From Strigamia acuminata (taxonomy: Eukaryota): a DNA stretch of 64,000 bases. A program made the position numbers and the translations under genes. Under the pieces are notes generated by a model, which was not told the origin of the DNA, ran no database searches, and was given only the letters and a program-made list of their open reading frames with translations. The stretch lies in contig OX442314.1 of assembly GCA_949358305.1 (NCBI GenBank), positions 9,300,001 through 9,364,000 on the forward strand. The letters are read 5' to 3'. Positions 34,876 through 47,600 of this stretch are shown here, in pieces. Within the stretch, counting starts at the first letter, position 1, and every line of letters starts with the position of its first letter.

Positions 34876-35230
34876 AGGTTCACTCTTGTATTCACACTAG
34901 AGGCAACGAACGCAACGGAAGAGAAAATTAGTCAAACGCAACGCAGAGTCTGTTCACACCGTACGGCACGTGTGAACAGAGCTGAACAATTGATGTTGCG
35001 TCTGGCCAATCAGAGGGTTTCAATAAAACCTGGAATTGGATTAAGTTCTAGAACTAGTTCTAGAATCCGAAAATGACGGCCTGTTTGTATGTGGCAGACG
35101 TGAATCGATGAGAGTTGGAGTCGATCGTGATTGGTTGGCCGCAAGACCTTTCCTTGCGTTGCGTCGCAAACTTCAACTTGGAGTTGAAGCAGGAATTGGC
35201 GTCAACGTCAAGAATTTTTAGACGCAAGTG
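34876..35230. mobile_element. Partial MITE, inverted copy of the 39229-39793 family
   Basis: Shares the TAGGTTCAC..TTG terminus and internal blocks (TCTAGAACTAG, GCAAGACCTTTCCTTG) in the opposite orientation. Confidence 0.7.
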
Positions 35231-35951
35231 TTCGCCACTCCATTATCTTTCATGTTGATTTGTGACACTGCCCTTGCGCAACGCCACCTATGTATTTCGA
35301 CTATGAATAAACACTCATGCTAATTCTACACTGCCGACTGGTCGCTTCCAAACTACATCCAGCCACATCCATTCAAATCAAGCACACAAAACACATCATT
35401 ATTGAACTATTTTTGAAATATTTTGAATACAGCAGCCTTCCACAATCATTCTAGTGTCCTTTTACTCATTAGGTTGTACATGAATAAATTAATAAATCAA
35501 TAGATGAATAAATATAAATTAATACAACAAAATTGTTTGTTTGTAATTGTTTTTTCCGAAAAAGCTTCTCTTTTCTGGAAAACCAGTTTCTTTCCATGGT
35601 CACTTTTCCACAAAAGCAGTATTCAGATTTTCTAGAAAACTTGGTACGTGCAAACTTGGTAAGTGTTGAATCCGAAGCGAAGCATGTATTCAAGCAAATA
35701 AAAAATTTGTCTGCTCCAAATCCCTGAAAATCCGGCGCATATAATTGTAGTATTTAAAATAATTTTATTTTTCAGACCCTGGAGTAATTACTCGTGGATG
35801 ACTTGCACTTGCAAACAGATGGAAAACATCTGTTTTCTTAACAAAAATACCAAATTGTCAAAATAACTTCAACTCAGACTCCAAAACAACAATACATTTT
35901 CCTTTTCACTTGTCAATTGTACAACTCAAACATTACAAAAAAATACATGTA

Positions 35952-36272
35952 CCGTACTGCCTCGATTTAACGCCGGTCGTATCTAAACGCCGGCTCCTGA
36001 TTAAGCGCCGGGCAAACTGAGGACGAAATGGCAATAAACGCCGGCCTTAAATGAACGCCGGGTTTGTTTAAACGCCGGGTTGAAACGTTTTTTAAACGTT
36101 TTGAGAGGTCTTTTGGTCGAAACATCGAAGAATAGCTAGCAATGAGTGGCTTTCCAATTTTTTTTTTCGGGTAGACGCCCGGCGCGAATAATCGCCGGGC
36201 TTTGAATGAACGCCGGGGGGGTCAACTAGAAAAAATGAATAAACGCCCCGGCGTTAAATCGAGGCAGTACGG
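35952..36272. mobile_element. TA-flanked MITE
   Basis: TIRs CCGTACTGCCTCGATTTAACGCCG / CGGCGTTAAATCGAGGCAGTACGG with internal AACGCCGG repeats. Confidence 0.88.
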
Positions 36273-36308
36273 TAATAATAAATTTTAAAATTGGGTCAAA
36301 AACCTATA

Positions 36309-36561
36309 CCGTATTTTACCGATTAAGAGCCGCGGCTCTTATTCAAAACAGCCATTTTTGTCAGCAATTACAATTTCGGTTTTTCGTTAGTTACATTTGT
36401 TTAATGTAACAAACAAAGTCTGAACATCACGAACGAAGCGTACGTTCATCGTTCGTGAGATTAAATACGAAAACAATACCGTACTTTTGCAAAAATACGA
36501 TATTCTTGGTGTCTCAGCCGCGACTACTATTCGAGGGCGACTCTTAATCGGTAAAATTTGG
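36309..36561. mobile_element. TA-flanked MITE; a second, inverted copy lies at about 40947-41186
   Basis: TIRs CCGTATTTTACCGATTAAGAG / CTCTTAATCGGTAAAATTTGG. Confidence 0.85.
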
Positions 36562-36897
36562 TATTCTCATTTTAAATAAAATTAAATAAATTTTATACAC
36601 AAAAAAATAATAATTTCTATTCACTGAAAACACAGATGTCGTTTCCAATTTCCAGCACTGTGACAAGGAAAAAATATTTAAACAAATGCATTAATTCATG
36701 CATTTATCAATATGTAATGAGTATTTTATTCTTAATTCACAATACAGACAAAACCTTCCAAAAAAAAAGACAATTCGAGTAAACAACTACAGCAAAACTT
36801 CCTCTAAACTAAATGTGTGTCAACAAAGTTACTATGTAATTTCGCGTCAAGGAAAGAAATAATGATTCGAATGTTGCACATTCAAGGCGACAACAAC

Positions 36898-39800
36898 ATG
36901 AACATTCTCTCTCTCGTCGTGCTCATTTTGCACGTGCAAATTTCCAAACCTTCGCAGCAACTCGGCAAATTGAACGGCAAAATGGAAATGTTCAAAACCG
37001 CCACTAAAAGCGCAGTAAATCAAAATTGTAGATTTTTTAAATGTTTATTATTTAAAATTAATTTTAGACGTCATTGATTCGAATGCACAAATATCCACTG
37101 GAAAAACACGAGGCAAAAACGACCGATGGCTACATTTTGACTATGCTGAGAATTCCAACCGGTTTGAAAAACTCATCTAGAAATGGAATCCCCATTTTGA
37201 TTCTTCCAGGGCTTTCCTGCAAACCTAATATTTACGTCGAATTGCCGAATGATATTGGTAAGTGCCATTGTGGCCAAAATTTGATAAAAAATGAGGATAA
37301 ATCGGCGCCATGTTTCTGTTTAGGATTCTTTTTGGCCGATCAAGGTTTTGACGTGTGGTTGGGGAATAATCGCGGAAATCTGCTTTACAGCCGACACGTT
37401 AGGTACCCCAAGTTCACCACCAAATTCTGGAGATTTGGGTAATATTTTATACCACCGTATAACCTCCGGTAAAAGCCGAGCAATTTATTGCAAAAACCTA
37501 GCCGCTAATTGGGGGGGTCGGCTTATATGCGCGTGTCCAAAAAAAAAATTGTAATATTTTGTATTGTGTATAAGACCAACCGTCCAACAATCAGTCAATT
37601 TCAACAATTTTTTACTAAATTGTAGTCAACTTTATCAATTTTCGACTAAATTGTAGTCAATTCCATCAATTTTCGACTAAATTTCACAACATTTTGACGT
37701 ACTCGGCTTATACTCGCATAGCGCATACACCATTTATTAGCAAAATGGTGCCTCAGAATGGGGGGGTCGGCTTATACACGGGTTGGCTTATACCCAAGAT
37801 TATACGGTAACCTACAGCCGGTATCATGATGCCAAAATCAAAAACACGATTTTTAAAAAATAATAACACGTAATGGCATGACTCGCTTGTGTGGGATAAA
37901 TATTTTACATTTTTCTGTTTTTGTGTGCAAAAAAATGGAATTTAGTGCTTGAATTAGGGTTTGACCGATATGATAATTTTACGATATCAGACAACACTAA
38001 AGGTGCGGTCGGATAGGATACAATCCGACCCAAACCGAATTCGGATTGGATTGAGTCGGATTCGGATGGTCCCAAATCAATCCGATTTTTCTTTTAATCG
38101 GATTGGATAATTCAAAATTTTATCCATACATTCTGGATAAGATTGGGGAAAAAAACCGAAACCGATCCTTATAATCCGAAATTCAAAAAATCAATCTAAA
38201 TGCACTTTATTTTAAATTTTTATGGGTTTTTTTTCTTTCACTTCCTTCGACTTTTTTTTGGTCAGTTTTGCACGTAATTCATCCGATTTTGGTCATTTTT
38301 GCTCTTTTTAAACTTTTTTTGGTCATTTCTGCACATAATTCATCAGTTTTTGGTCAGTTTTTCAATTCATTTTTCATTTTTTGCGAATAGGATTGGATAA
38401 TTGGTTTATCCATCCGAAATTTTTTTGATTGGATCCGATTCAAACCGATTCAAACGCACCCTTAGCCAACACTACAGTTCGCCCGCAGTAACATAGAGCT
38501 AAATTCGTACTGCGTATCCCATTCTGCGCAGACGATTATCTAATTCCAGTTGTTATTTAGCAGCATTAGGGCAACAATATTTTGGTTTTATGCTGTAAAT
38601 TACTTTTAACGAGTTTATTGTTGTTTATTTACTTTATTTTAGCAGTACAAATTTAGCATCAAGGTACAGGGCACAAACTGTAGGTGCACTTAAACATAAA
38701 AAAAATTGTCCTCTCTGTAAATCATTTAATAAAGTGACTTAGAAGTAAATTCTCAATTGAACACACAAAATTTAAACTGAACTAAAAAGTATGGCTTCCT
38801 GCAATGTGTGGTAACAATAGCCAATAGAAAGTACTGTACGATGTAATACATCACGTCTACCCTAGAGTTTTAATAAATTAGATCTATATGTATTGGCACC
38901 ATTTTATTGTTTATTTTACTGGTTTATATTGTCTACCCTTCAAAACAAAACAAGATGTCTATCAAAATGCAACAATGCACGCACCAATTTTTCCCCATCA
39001 GATTGATTGATTAGTTATGTCTCACTCCACCTGTTAAAGTAATGAGAAAATAAACTAATTACATCTTTGTTACACAGGATCCAAATCTATTTTTTTTTAA
39101 TTTCCTGAAACCAAGTTATTATTGCAGTTGTACAGGAAAACATAAACAGTCAAAAAAAGTCCAATGTTGTCTGACTTTCAGATGACTACAAAATACATTC
39201 TTCTTCATCCCTAATTTAACAGTGAAGCTAGGTTCACACTTGTGTTTACACTAGACGCAACGCAAGAAAACTGACGCAACGCAAGCTGCTTGCATCCAAA
39301 AATTCTTGACGTTGATGCTAATTCCTGCTTCAACTCTAAGATGAAGCTAGGACTTCACATCCGCCATTTTTTTTTAAATCTAAGTTGTCCCGCCTGATGG
39401 CGCTACAATCACAAGACAGAATCGCTTTACAGTCTAACAATTAAATTGTGCTAGATGTGAAGTCCTGTAGTTAATCGTCCTAGGTTGAAGTAAGCGATGC
39501 AACACAAGGAAAGGTCTTGCGGCCAATTAATCACGATCGACTCCAACTTTCATCGATTCACGTCTGGTTGGCGAGACTTTGCCACATGCAAACAGGCCGT
39601 CATTTTTGGATTCTAGAACTAGTTCTATAACTCCAGGTTTCATTAAAACCATCTGATTGGCCAGACGCAACATCAATTGTTTCAGCTCTGTTCACATCAC
39701 ACGTGCCCTACAGTGTGAACAGACTCTGCTTTGAGTGTGACTAATTTTTCCTTGCATTGCGTTGCCCCTAGTGTGAACACAAGCGTGAACCTATTTTAAC

Positions 39801-41699
39801 TCCTCGACTTACGAACAAATACAGTTTCGAGAACTTGTTGGTAAGTCAAATTGTTCGCAAGTCGAAAGGTGTACAATGTGGAAAAATTGTTTACCCTAAT
39901 TAAAGTAAACATTTTTTATCTTGTTTCTTTGATTTTTCTAACTTTGAAGTTCACATCTCTGAAAGTTCTTCGTATGGGCCCAACAGTACCATGTACCGGT
40001 TCCACGGTAGAAAGTACCATGCACCGATACCACACTACTTTTTGGGCACTTTTGTGGGATTGTCATTGTAATTACCATTTGAACCATTTAAATTCAATAA
40101 AACTTATTCAACGCCTTTATTTTTGCAGTTGGGAAGAATATGGTTATTACGACACACCAGCAATGATTGACTACATTATAAAAAACACCGGTTACAAACA
40201 AGTGATTCTCATTTCCTACTCCATGACAGCTGCATCATCGCTTGCCCTATTTGCATCAAGCCCAAAATACAACAAAAAGGTAACATCCCACTTTGGTTTG
40301 TAGTTACAATATTGACATTACAGTATACTCTGTTCAGACCGGACAGTATTTGCTCGCTGTCTGATCAGGACAGATTTTCTGAGCCCAACCTATATCCAGT
40401 TGACCTTTCAATTTAAATATTACATCATCATCATTCATTAATAATTAATAAATCTTACCGTTTGAAGGTGGTGAGACATGTCGCTTTGGGACCGATAGCA
40501 ATTGCACATTACCAGACATCTGTGCTTGTAAAAGCTGTAATGCCTTTCTACAAAGTACTAAAGGTACCACTTGCAATTTATTCTTCTTTCACCTAAAATA
40601 ATAAAAATTAATTTATTATATTTTTCAAACAAAAAAGTTTCTCTACACTATACTGCTCTTCAAAGGACCAGTAAACTACATCTTCTTCTACGCCGCTTCT
40701 TACATAGCACCAGCATTATGCTTAATTTTTGGAGATTCAGCTTGCCATGTATTTTTTGCAATTTTTCTAGGCTATGATACAGGAATGTTTGGGGTACACT
40801 GTAAAAAAAAATAATGTATTACATTTTCAAATATGCATTTATTTTTGTTTCCAGCAACATGTAACAGTCACTGCTGGTGATATTACAGGTGGGGCATCAT
40901 TAAAGGTGTTTGTGCATTTGCTACAGGTATGAATCACTAAAAAATACCGTATTTTACCGATTAAGAGTCGCCCTTGAATAGAGACACCAAGAATACCGTA
41001 TTTTTGCAAAAGTACGCTATTGTTTCCGTATTTAACCTCACGAACGATATTCGTACGGCTCTTCGTGACGTTCAGACTTCGTTTGATACATTAAACAAAT
41101 GTAATAAACAAAAAACCGAAATTGTAATTACTGACAAAAATGGCAGTTTTGAATAAGAACCGCGGCTCTTAATCGATAAAATACGATAAATTAAAAAATA
41201 AAATAAACTTACCGGTAGTGATCTACATTTTTATTGCAGCAAGTTAAATACAAAGAGTTTAGACGTTTTGACTATGGACCATTGATGAACTTTAAGAAAT
41301 ATGGATCAGTAAGTTTTTAAACACTTATAAACTGCTGCTACGGTTCTAATACACCAAATTTCCAAAATATCCTAAACAACTCCAAGCTTAACCATATTTT
41401 ATTGTGTTATTATTTTTAAGAAATTACCACCAGTTTATGATCTCAAGAAAATCACCACTCCAACATCACTTATGTGTGGGGCCAATGATCCAGGAGCTAA
41501 TGCAATACAGATGGCACTTTTAATGCGACAAATTAAAACCGCCAGAACAGTTTGGATGAATCACACTCTGTTCAGTCATGCAGATTTTGTCTGGTCCATA
41601 GATCCGATCATTAAAAGCGATGTTAACCAAAAGATTCTGGGCGAGATCAAAGACATCAAATTGAGCCGAAGTTCAAAAACACTCCACCACACGGACTGA
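36898..41699 (+). CDS. Acid-lipase-family protein, copy 3 (9 exons)
   Basis: MNILSLVVLILHVQIS; motifs KYPLEKHEAKTTDGYIL, ILPGLSCKP, GFDVWLGNNRGN, SYSMT, GGASLKVFVHLLQ, RFDYG, ANDP, SHADF. Confidence 0.85.
37455..37807. mobile_element. Degenerate MITE in an intron of lipase copy 3
   Basis: CCGTATAA...TTATACGG termini with repeated CGGCTTATA motifs. Confidence 0.6.
38001..38462. mobile_element. Degenerate MITE with TCGGAT/ATCCGA subterminal repeats
   Basis: Imperfect termini AGGTGCG / CGCACCC with inverted arrays of GGATT and AATCC motifs. Confidence 0.55.
39229..39793. mobile_element. MITE (possibly PIF/Harbinger-like)
   Basis: TIRs TAGGTTCACACTTGTGTTTACACTAG / CTAGTGTGAACACAAGCGTGAACCTA. 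Confidence 0.75.
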
Positions 41700-43169
41700 T
41701 AAAACCAAGGAGTACGACATTCAACCGAATCTCTTACATGGACTTTCGAATCTCGTTCTGAATCCCGGAATCCCGAATCTTTACATTTTATAAAAATTTT
41801 GAATTTTTTGTCGAAAATTGGACAAAAGTAAATACGTAACTAAAAACTTTACATTTTAAAACTGCCAATAATTTAAGTTGTAAATAAAAATTCTAATGCT
41901 GCAAAATCATGGAGACAAAGAAATGTGAATTCCATTTTGCATTTTATGTATCAATTTAGAAAATTATTTAAGTGTGCTGATTGGTCCAAACAATCGCAAC
42001 ATCATTTGCCAATGTCTAACACAAAAATTTTAAAAAATTAACTCACCAATTTACCGTTAAAATATCATTCTAAATGAAAAATAGTTTGTCCTTTCACTGC
42101 AATTCACAGTACAATTCACGTTTGTTGTTGTATCAAAACTGTATCGATATCAATGGCGTCGAAGCCCGTTGTTCTATTCAGTTGTTTCGATTTGTGTGTT
42201 GCACCCTAAGTATTGTAATAATATAATATACCGTATAACGTTGTAAATCAATAAAAATATATACAAATTTTACCCATTTGATACTTGGTATTTCTTATTC
42301 TGAACTTCGGATGCTACGAACGGCGTGACCGGAAGCTGCAACCTCGAAATGGCGGCGGTGGCGAGAACGAAAAATGCAATCTAGAAAAGGTGATGTGCAC
42401 TTGTAAACACGTGGCAAAATAGTTCAGTACATATATTTTATGTATTATAACAATTCCTTTAAATAATCCAGCCTTCAATAGGTTGCAATGACATCCATCA
42501 CTGTCAATATTTGATGATGATTGCGTCATTTCCAGAAATGCTTTTTAAAAAATGTAAAAAAAAAAATATATAATAGAACATTCAGGGAATCAATAACAAA
42601 TATCTTTGCAGTCCCATCCAGCTGTCTCCATTCATGCTTAATTTTGTGACAATTTAAATAATACTATTATTGGTTTCAGGGGCGGATCTAGAAAATCTCA
42701 TATGAGAGTGGACATTTTGATTAAATTTTTGTTATATACAAGCTGAATGTTTTCAGTTCTAAAAATATTGATTTTGGCCTAAAAATATTAATTTTGGCCT
42801 AAAAATATTGATTTTAGCCTAAAAATATTGATTTTGGCCTAAAAATATTGTTTTTGGCTTAAAAATGATTGTTTGTGGCCTAAAAATGATTGTTTTTGAC
42901 CTAAAAATGATTATTTTTGACCTAAAAATGATTATTTTTGACCTAAAAATGATTATTTTTAACCTAAAAATGATTATTTTTGATCTAAAAATGATTGTTT
43001 TTGACCTAAAAAAATTGTGGACAAAAATGATTGATTTTGGCCTTAAAATGATTACTTTTGGCCTAAAAATGATTACTTTTCGCCTAAAATGATTGTTTTG
43101 GCCTAAAAATGATTACTTTCGGCCTAAAAATGATTTTTTTTGGCCTAAAAATAATTGTTTTTCGCTTAA

Positions 43170-43603
43170 CCCTTCCAACCCTGAGATGGGTCATTTTGTG
43201 ACCCTGTTTTAAAAAAATCATTATTTTTATAAGAAATAATTTTTTTTTCTCTCTGATTTTTGCTGACTATTCCTTTGAAACATCACTAGACACTATACCA
43301 CAGTTGAAACTTTTTTAATTTTTTAAGTTTTTCTATAATTTGAACTCAAAGTTTAACTGGGTCAAAAAAGACCCATCTTAGGAGTCCAAAGGACATAAAT
43401 CATGATCATCAGCAGGCTCCGCTAATGTCAACCATTGCCACCAGGTGTCGCGGCGGCCATCTTTGTTGTTGTCAAAAACACACGTGTTGGCCAAATTCCT
43501 TCGGAAATCTTTAAGACCCGGATTTTGCGCATGCGCAGAATCTGGGTCATATAATGCCCATCTTAGGGAGAGATGGGAAGCCAATTCTTTCGGGTTGGAA
43601 GGG
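43170..43603. mobile_element. piggyBac-type MITE
   Basis: TTAA|CCCTTCCAACCC ... GGGTTGGAAGGG|TTAA. Confidence 0.92.
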
Positions 43604-43673
43604 TTAAATATGATTGTTTTGGCCTAAAAATGATTGTTTTTCGCTTAAAAATGATTGTTTTTGACCTCAAAAT

Positions 43674-44115
43674 TAGACTTTGACCGATACCGGTATCGGT
43701 ATCGGCTATCGGCCGATATTTCGATATTTACCGATATCGGATCCGATATATTTTTGCTCGGCCGATACCGATATTGCCACGTTTCGAAAACGTATCGTTT
43801 TAGACGAAAACGATACGTTTTCGAAACGTCTTTGAAGCACTATAAATATAGAAGGTTTGTTTTTAATTTTATTTAATCACTTCAACCCCGTAAAACTATT
43901 GTTTGGAATTATTGTTTAGAATTTTAAATTTTTTAAATAAAATAAACGCAATTTTAATTTTTTTTTTTTTTTTTTTTTTTTTTTGGGGGGGGGGGGGGGG
44001 GGGTTGTCGGACATTTTAATTTTAATATCGGCGCAGGTATCGGTATCGGCCGATATTCGATTGCCGATTATCGGTATCGGCGATACTTTAAAATATCGAT
44101 ATCGGTCAAAGTCTA
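43674..44115. mobile_element. hAT-type MITE with ATCGG/CCGAT repeats
   Basis: TIRs TAGACTTTGACCGATA / TATCGGTCAAAGTCTA with an exact 8-bp TSD CTCAAAAT. Confidence 0.92.
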
Positions 44116-44652
44116 CTCAAAATGATTGTTTCGGCCTAAAAATGATTACTTTCGGCCTAAAAATGATTGTTATTGGCCTAAAAATGATTTTTTTAGCCCT
44201 CAGAATGAATCGTTGGGCTGAGAATAAATATTTTTGTCAAGAATGAATTTTTTGGGCCTAAAATATATTTTCGGTCCAAAAAATGGATTTTTCGTTCAAT
44301 AAAATGGATTCTTGATTTAAAAAAAATAAATTTTGTCCAAAAAATTGAATTTTCCGTCTTAAAAAATTTTTCTGATGCACAAGCGGGTGGTCATGCCCCC
44401 CTCCGATTTTTTAAACAAAAGGATATGATTTACTGCGTTTAAACATGTTTTAACAGTTTCATGGCACTGTTGAATAGTTTCTATCATTATTGTATAAATG
44501 AAAAAGTTACAAATAACTTATCAAAACTTGACATAATTGAAGAATGATGGTTCCAGGAAATAGAACAACAATAACTGTCACATCTATATAATAGTGGCTG
44601 TGTCAAGGACAAAAAATATAACTTTCTGTTCCACAGCCACAGAGTTATGACA

Positions 44653-47600
44653 ATGAAAGTTCTCTCTCTTTTGCTGCTTGCAGTTTTCATTCCATGCAGT
44701 ATTCCAGAGGTTGTCCAGCCCCAACAATTCATCCCAGACCTCTTTTTTCCAGGAGACTTACATAAAAGATTGGAAGTATACAAGGATGCCATCAGTGGCA
44801 CGGTAAGTAATTTCTCAAGCGTATAAGTTATAAATTGTAAGTTATAATGGAGAGTTTGCGGACATGCTTTTTTCCTTATAAATAGCCATCCTTTATGACG
44901 TTATGGCGTCATAAGCATAAGGATGGACTGTAAGCATAAGGAAAATGGATTTTGATGAGAGTACCTTATAAAATAAGGCAGCCAATCAGATGTCGTTTCC
45001 TTATGATTTCTCAAAATGGCTGCCAACAATTTCTTTTCCACCTCCAAATACTGGCTATATTATTGAAATTCTGTTGAAATGCGATGCTCCAAAGCTTATA
45101 ACATTGGGTAGCGTCCTGTGGAGACAGCCTACAAGAGTTTCAGTCTTACTCAATCCATGTTGTTTTGATCATGTGATCATGTGATCAAAATTACTAGTTT
45201 AAGAACATAACATAAGGTTATAAGGAAACTCGCCGCAACCAAGTTCTTAACCTCATAAGGTTATAACTTATAACACTACAAGATCATAAAAACCAATTTT
45301 TATAAGGAAAAAGGCATGTCCGCAAACTCCCTATTTAAGAAAGCGCTGTGCAGGCATAGTCGGTCATTTCTATACTCTTGTTGAAGTCAAAAAGGCCCTC
45401 AAATCCCATTGGTCGAGCCATATAACTGGTGTAGTGATCCAAAAAAATAGACCCAAACACCAGAATTGCATTACAATATACAGACATCGTAATTGATTGC
45501 CTAGGTAACGGCCAAAATTTCAAAAATTATATGCTTTCCAGACAAAGCAACCAATAAACAGAACAAACATGAGTTTCACATTTATATGTGCATAAAACTT
45601 GCTTTCATAAATGGAAATAACATTTTTTAATAAGAAAAATCAAAATTATATTAACTTAAATGGTCATAACAATCACAAAAATAAATAAAAGTCAAAACTA
45701 CTTCTCTTACAAGTTAGTGGTACCGGGTGGCCCACATAAAAGCGGCCCCATAATATTACATACACACATTTTCGGGCCGCTTTTATGTGAGCCACCCGGT
45801 AGTATGCAGTCTGGAGTTAGTAGTAATGAGGCTCGATCAATGGGATTTGGGGGCCTTTTTGAGTTCAACAAGAAAGTATAAGTATCTTATGCGGGCTTTG
45901 GACAAATCGTTGACGGTACAGTTTCAAAGGTTTTAGGGCACTTTTAGCAGCATATCTTGAAAAAATAAATATTACTTCAAGGTCTGGACAAAGAATGTTT
46001 GCAAATTCTTTTTTTTTTACTTTCAAATTAGCCTGCACTGATTAGAAAACATGGATATCCAGTTGAGTCTCATGTGACCAAAACCAAGGATGGTTATATC
46101 CTTACCATGCAAAGAATACCACATGGACTCAAAAGATCAAAAAATGATAGTCACATACCAATTATTATACTTCCCGGATTAGCTTGCAGTGCTAATACTT
46201 ATATAGGATTGAATAACAGTATTGGTAAGTGCATTTTAAGTCGGAATGTATAAATCTCTTAGTTTCTATGCTATGTATTTTTATTTCCGTTAGCGTATTA
46301 CCTGGCTGATAAAGGCTATGATATTTGGTTGGGAAATCATCGAGGTAGTGTCCGTTACAGCAGACATGTCGAGCATTCAATGCTGTCTAACAAATTTTGG
46401 GATTTCAGGTACGGTTGAGTTTTGTCTAAAGCTTAGTACTCATAAGCAGTTTCCTACGTAGGAAAACCAGTCTGCCCACAGAAATTTTGCCTACAGAAAA
46501 AACTGGTACTCACAAATTTCATTCCAGTCTTGTAATGTCTGAGATATGTTCTGTGACATAAAAGATTAAATTTCTGGCATGTCGATGCAACGGAAAGTTG
46601 ATCTTCGTTTCCAGGCACAGTAGTAAAGATCGGTCTTGACAATTTGTGACCGGTCGTAATTTTTTTTAACCGGTCTCAAATATGGCAGCAATCAGTTATG
46701 CCAACAAATCCAAACAACTGTATATTCTATTTATAAAAATAGATTATTAGTTTATAAATAAAATTAAAAATTAAAAACAAATTAGCAATTTTATTCATCC
46801 TAACTCCAAAAGTAGCCTTAAATTTTTTTATTGGCATCCATCTTGTTTCTTTTTCATGGCCATTCACCATTTCTTTTCTGTTGCATAGAGCTGTGAGTAC
46901 CACAAAAAGTCTGGTGTGACAGACTGGCACACGTTCTGCTACCGGATGATTCTGATAGGCTTTTCTGTCGAGTCTATACACACAGAAAAGTTTGTGGGCA
47001 TACACTTTTGTTAGCAGATGATCTTATGAGTACTAAGCTTAAGAGTTTTTGTCTGGGGCCGATTGAGGAAGGAATACGGGCACAGCCATTGTGTATTGTC
47101 GAGCCTCGTTGTAATGAATCGCAACGAAGTTCGACTGTAATAACAAAATTTGTTCTGATGATATCTAGGACAATTAACTATAAGACTGTACATTAACATA
47201 CATTTGTTAGAAAGTAGAGCAATTCTGTCCTGTGATTGTGGCTCTACCTATGGCCAAAATGACTCGAGCATGACGTCATTTTTTGGACAAATAGCAAATT
47301 GTTCATGTCCAATGTGTAAACGCCTACTGGTAACCCGCTATTTATCCATAGAAAGTTGACTGGTCAATCTGTCCTTAGGTTTTGGGTTAAGTTGTTATAA
47401 TAAATTTTTATTTTCCTTTATGTTTCTATAGTTGGGAAGAAATGGGTGAACTTGATATTCCTGCTAAAATTGATCACGTTTTAAAAGAGACGGGCCAAAA
47501 AAAAGTGATTTTAATGTCATTTTCTATGTCATCAGCAGCAACTTTAGCATTTCTTTCTACCAACTCAGATTACAATACTAAGGTAAGAGACATTTTCAAA

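Larger units (their letters stand above)
42760..44200 (+). repeat. 21-bp minisatellite (GGCCTAAAAATGATTGTTTTT) interrupted by two MITEs
   Basis: More than 20 units, preceded by a hAT-like start CAGGGGCGGATCTAG near 42677. Confidence 0.9.

Noticed and set aside
43957..44003. Long poly-T followed by poly-G as a functional G-quadruplex
   Set aside because: Homopolymers inside a MITE, whose lengths are unreliable in assemblies.
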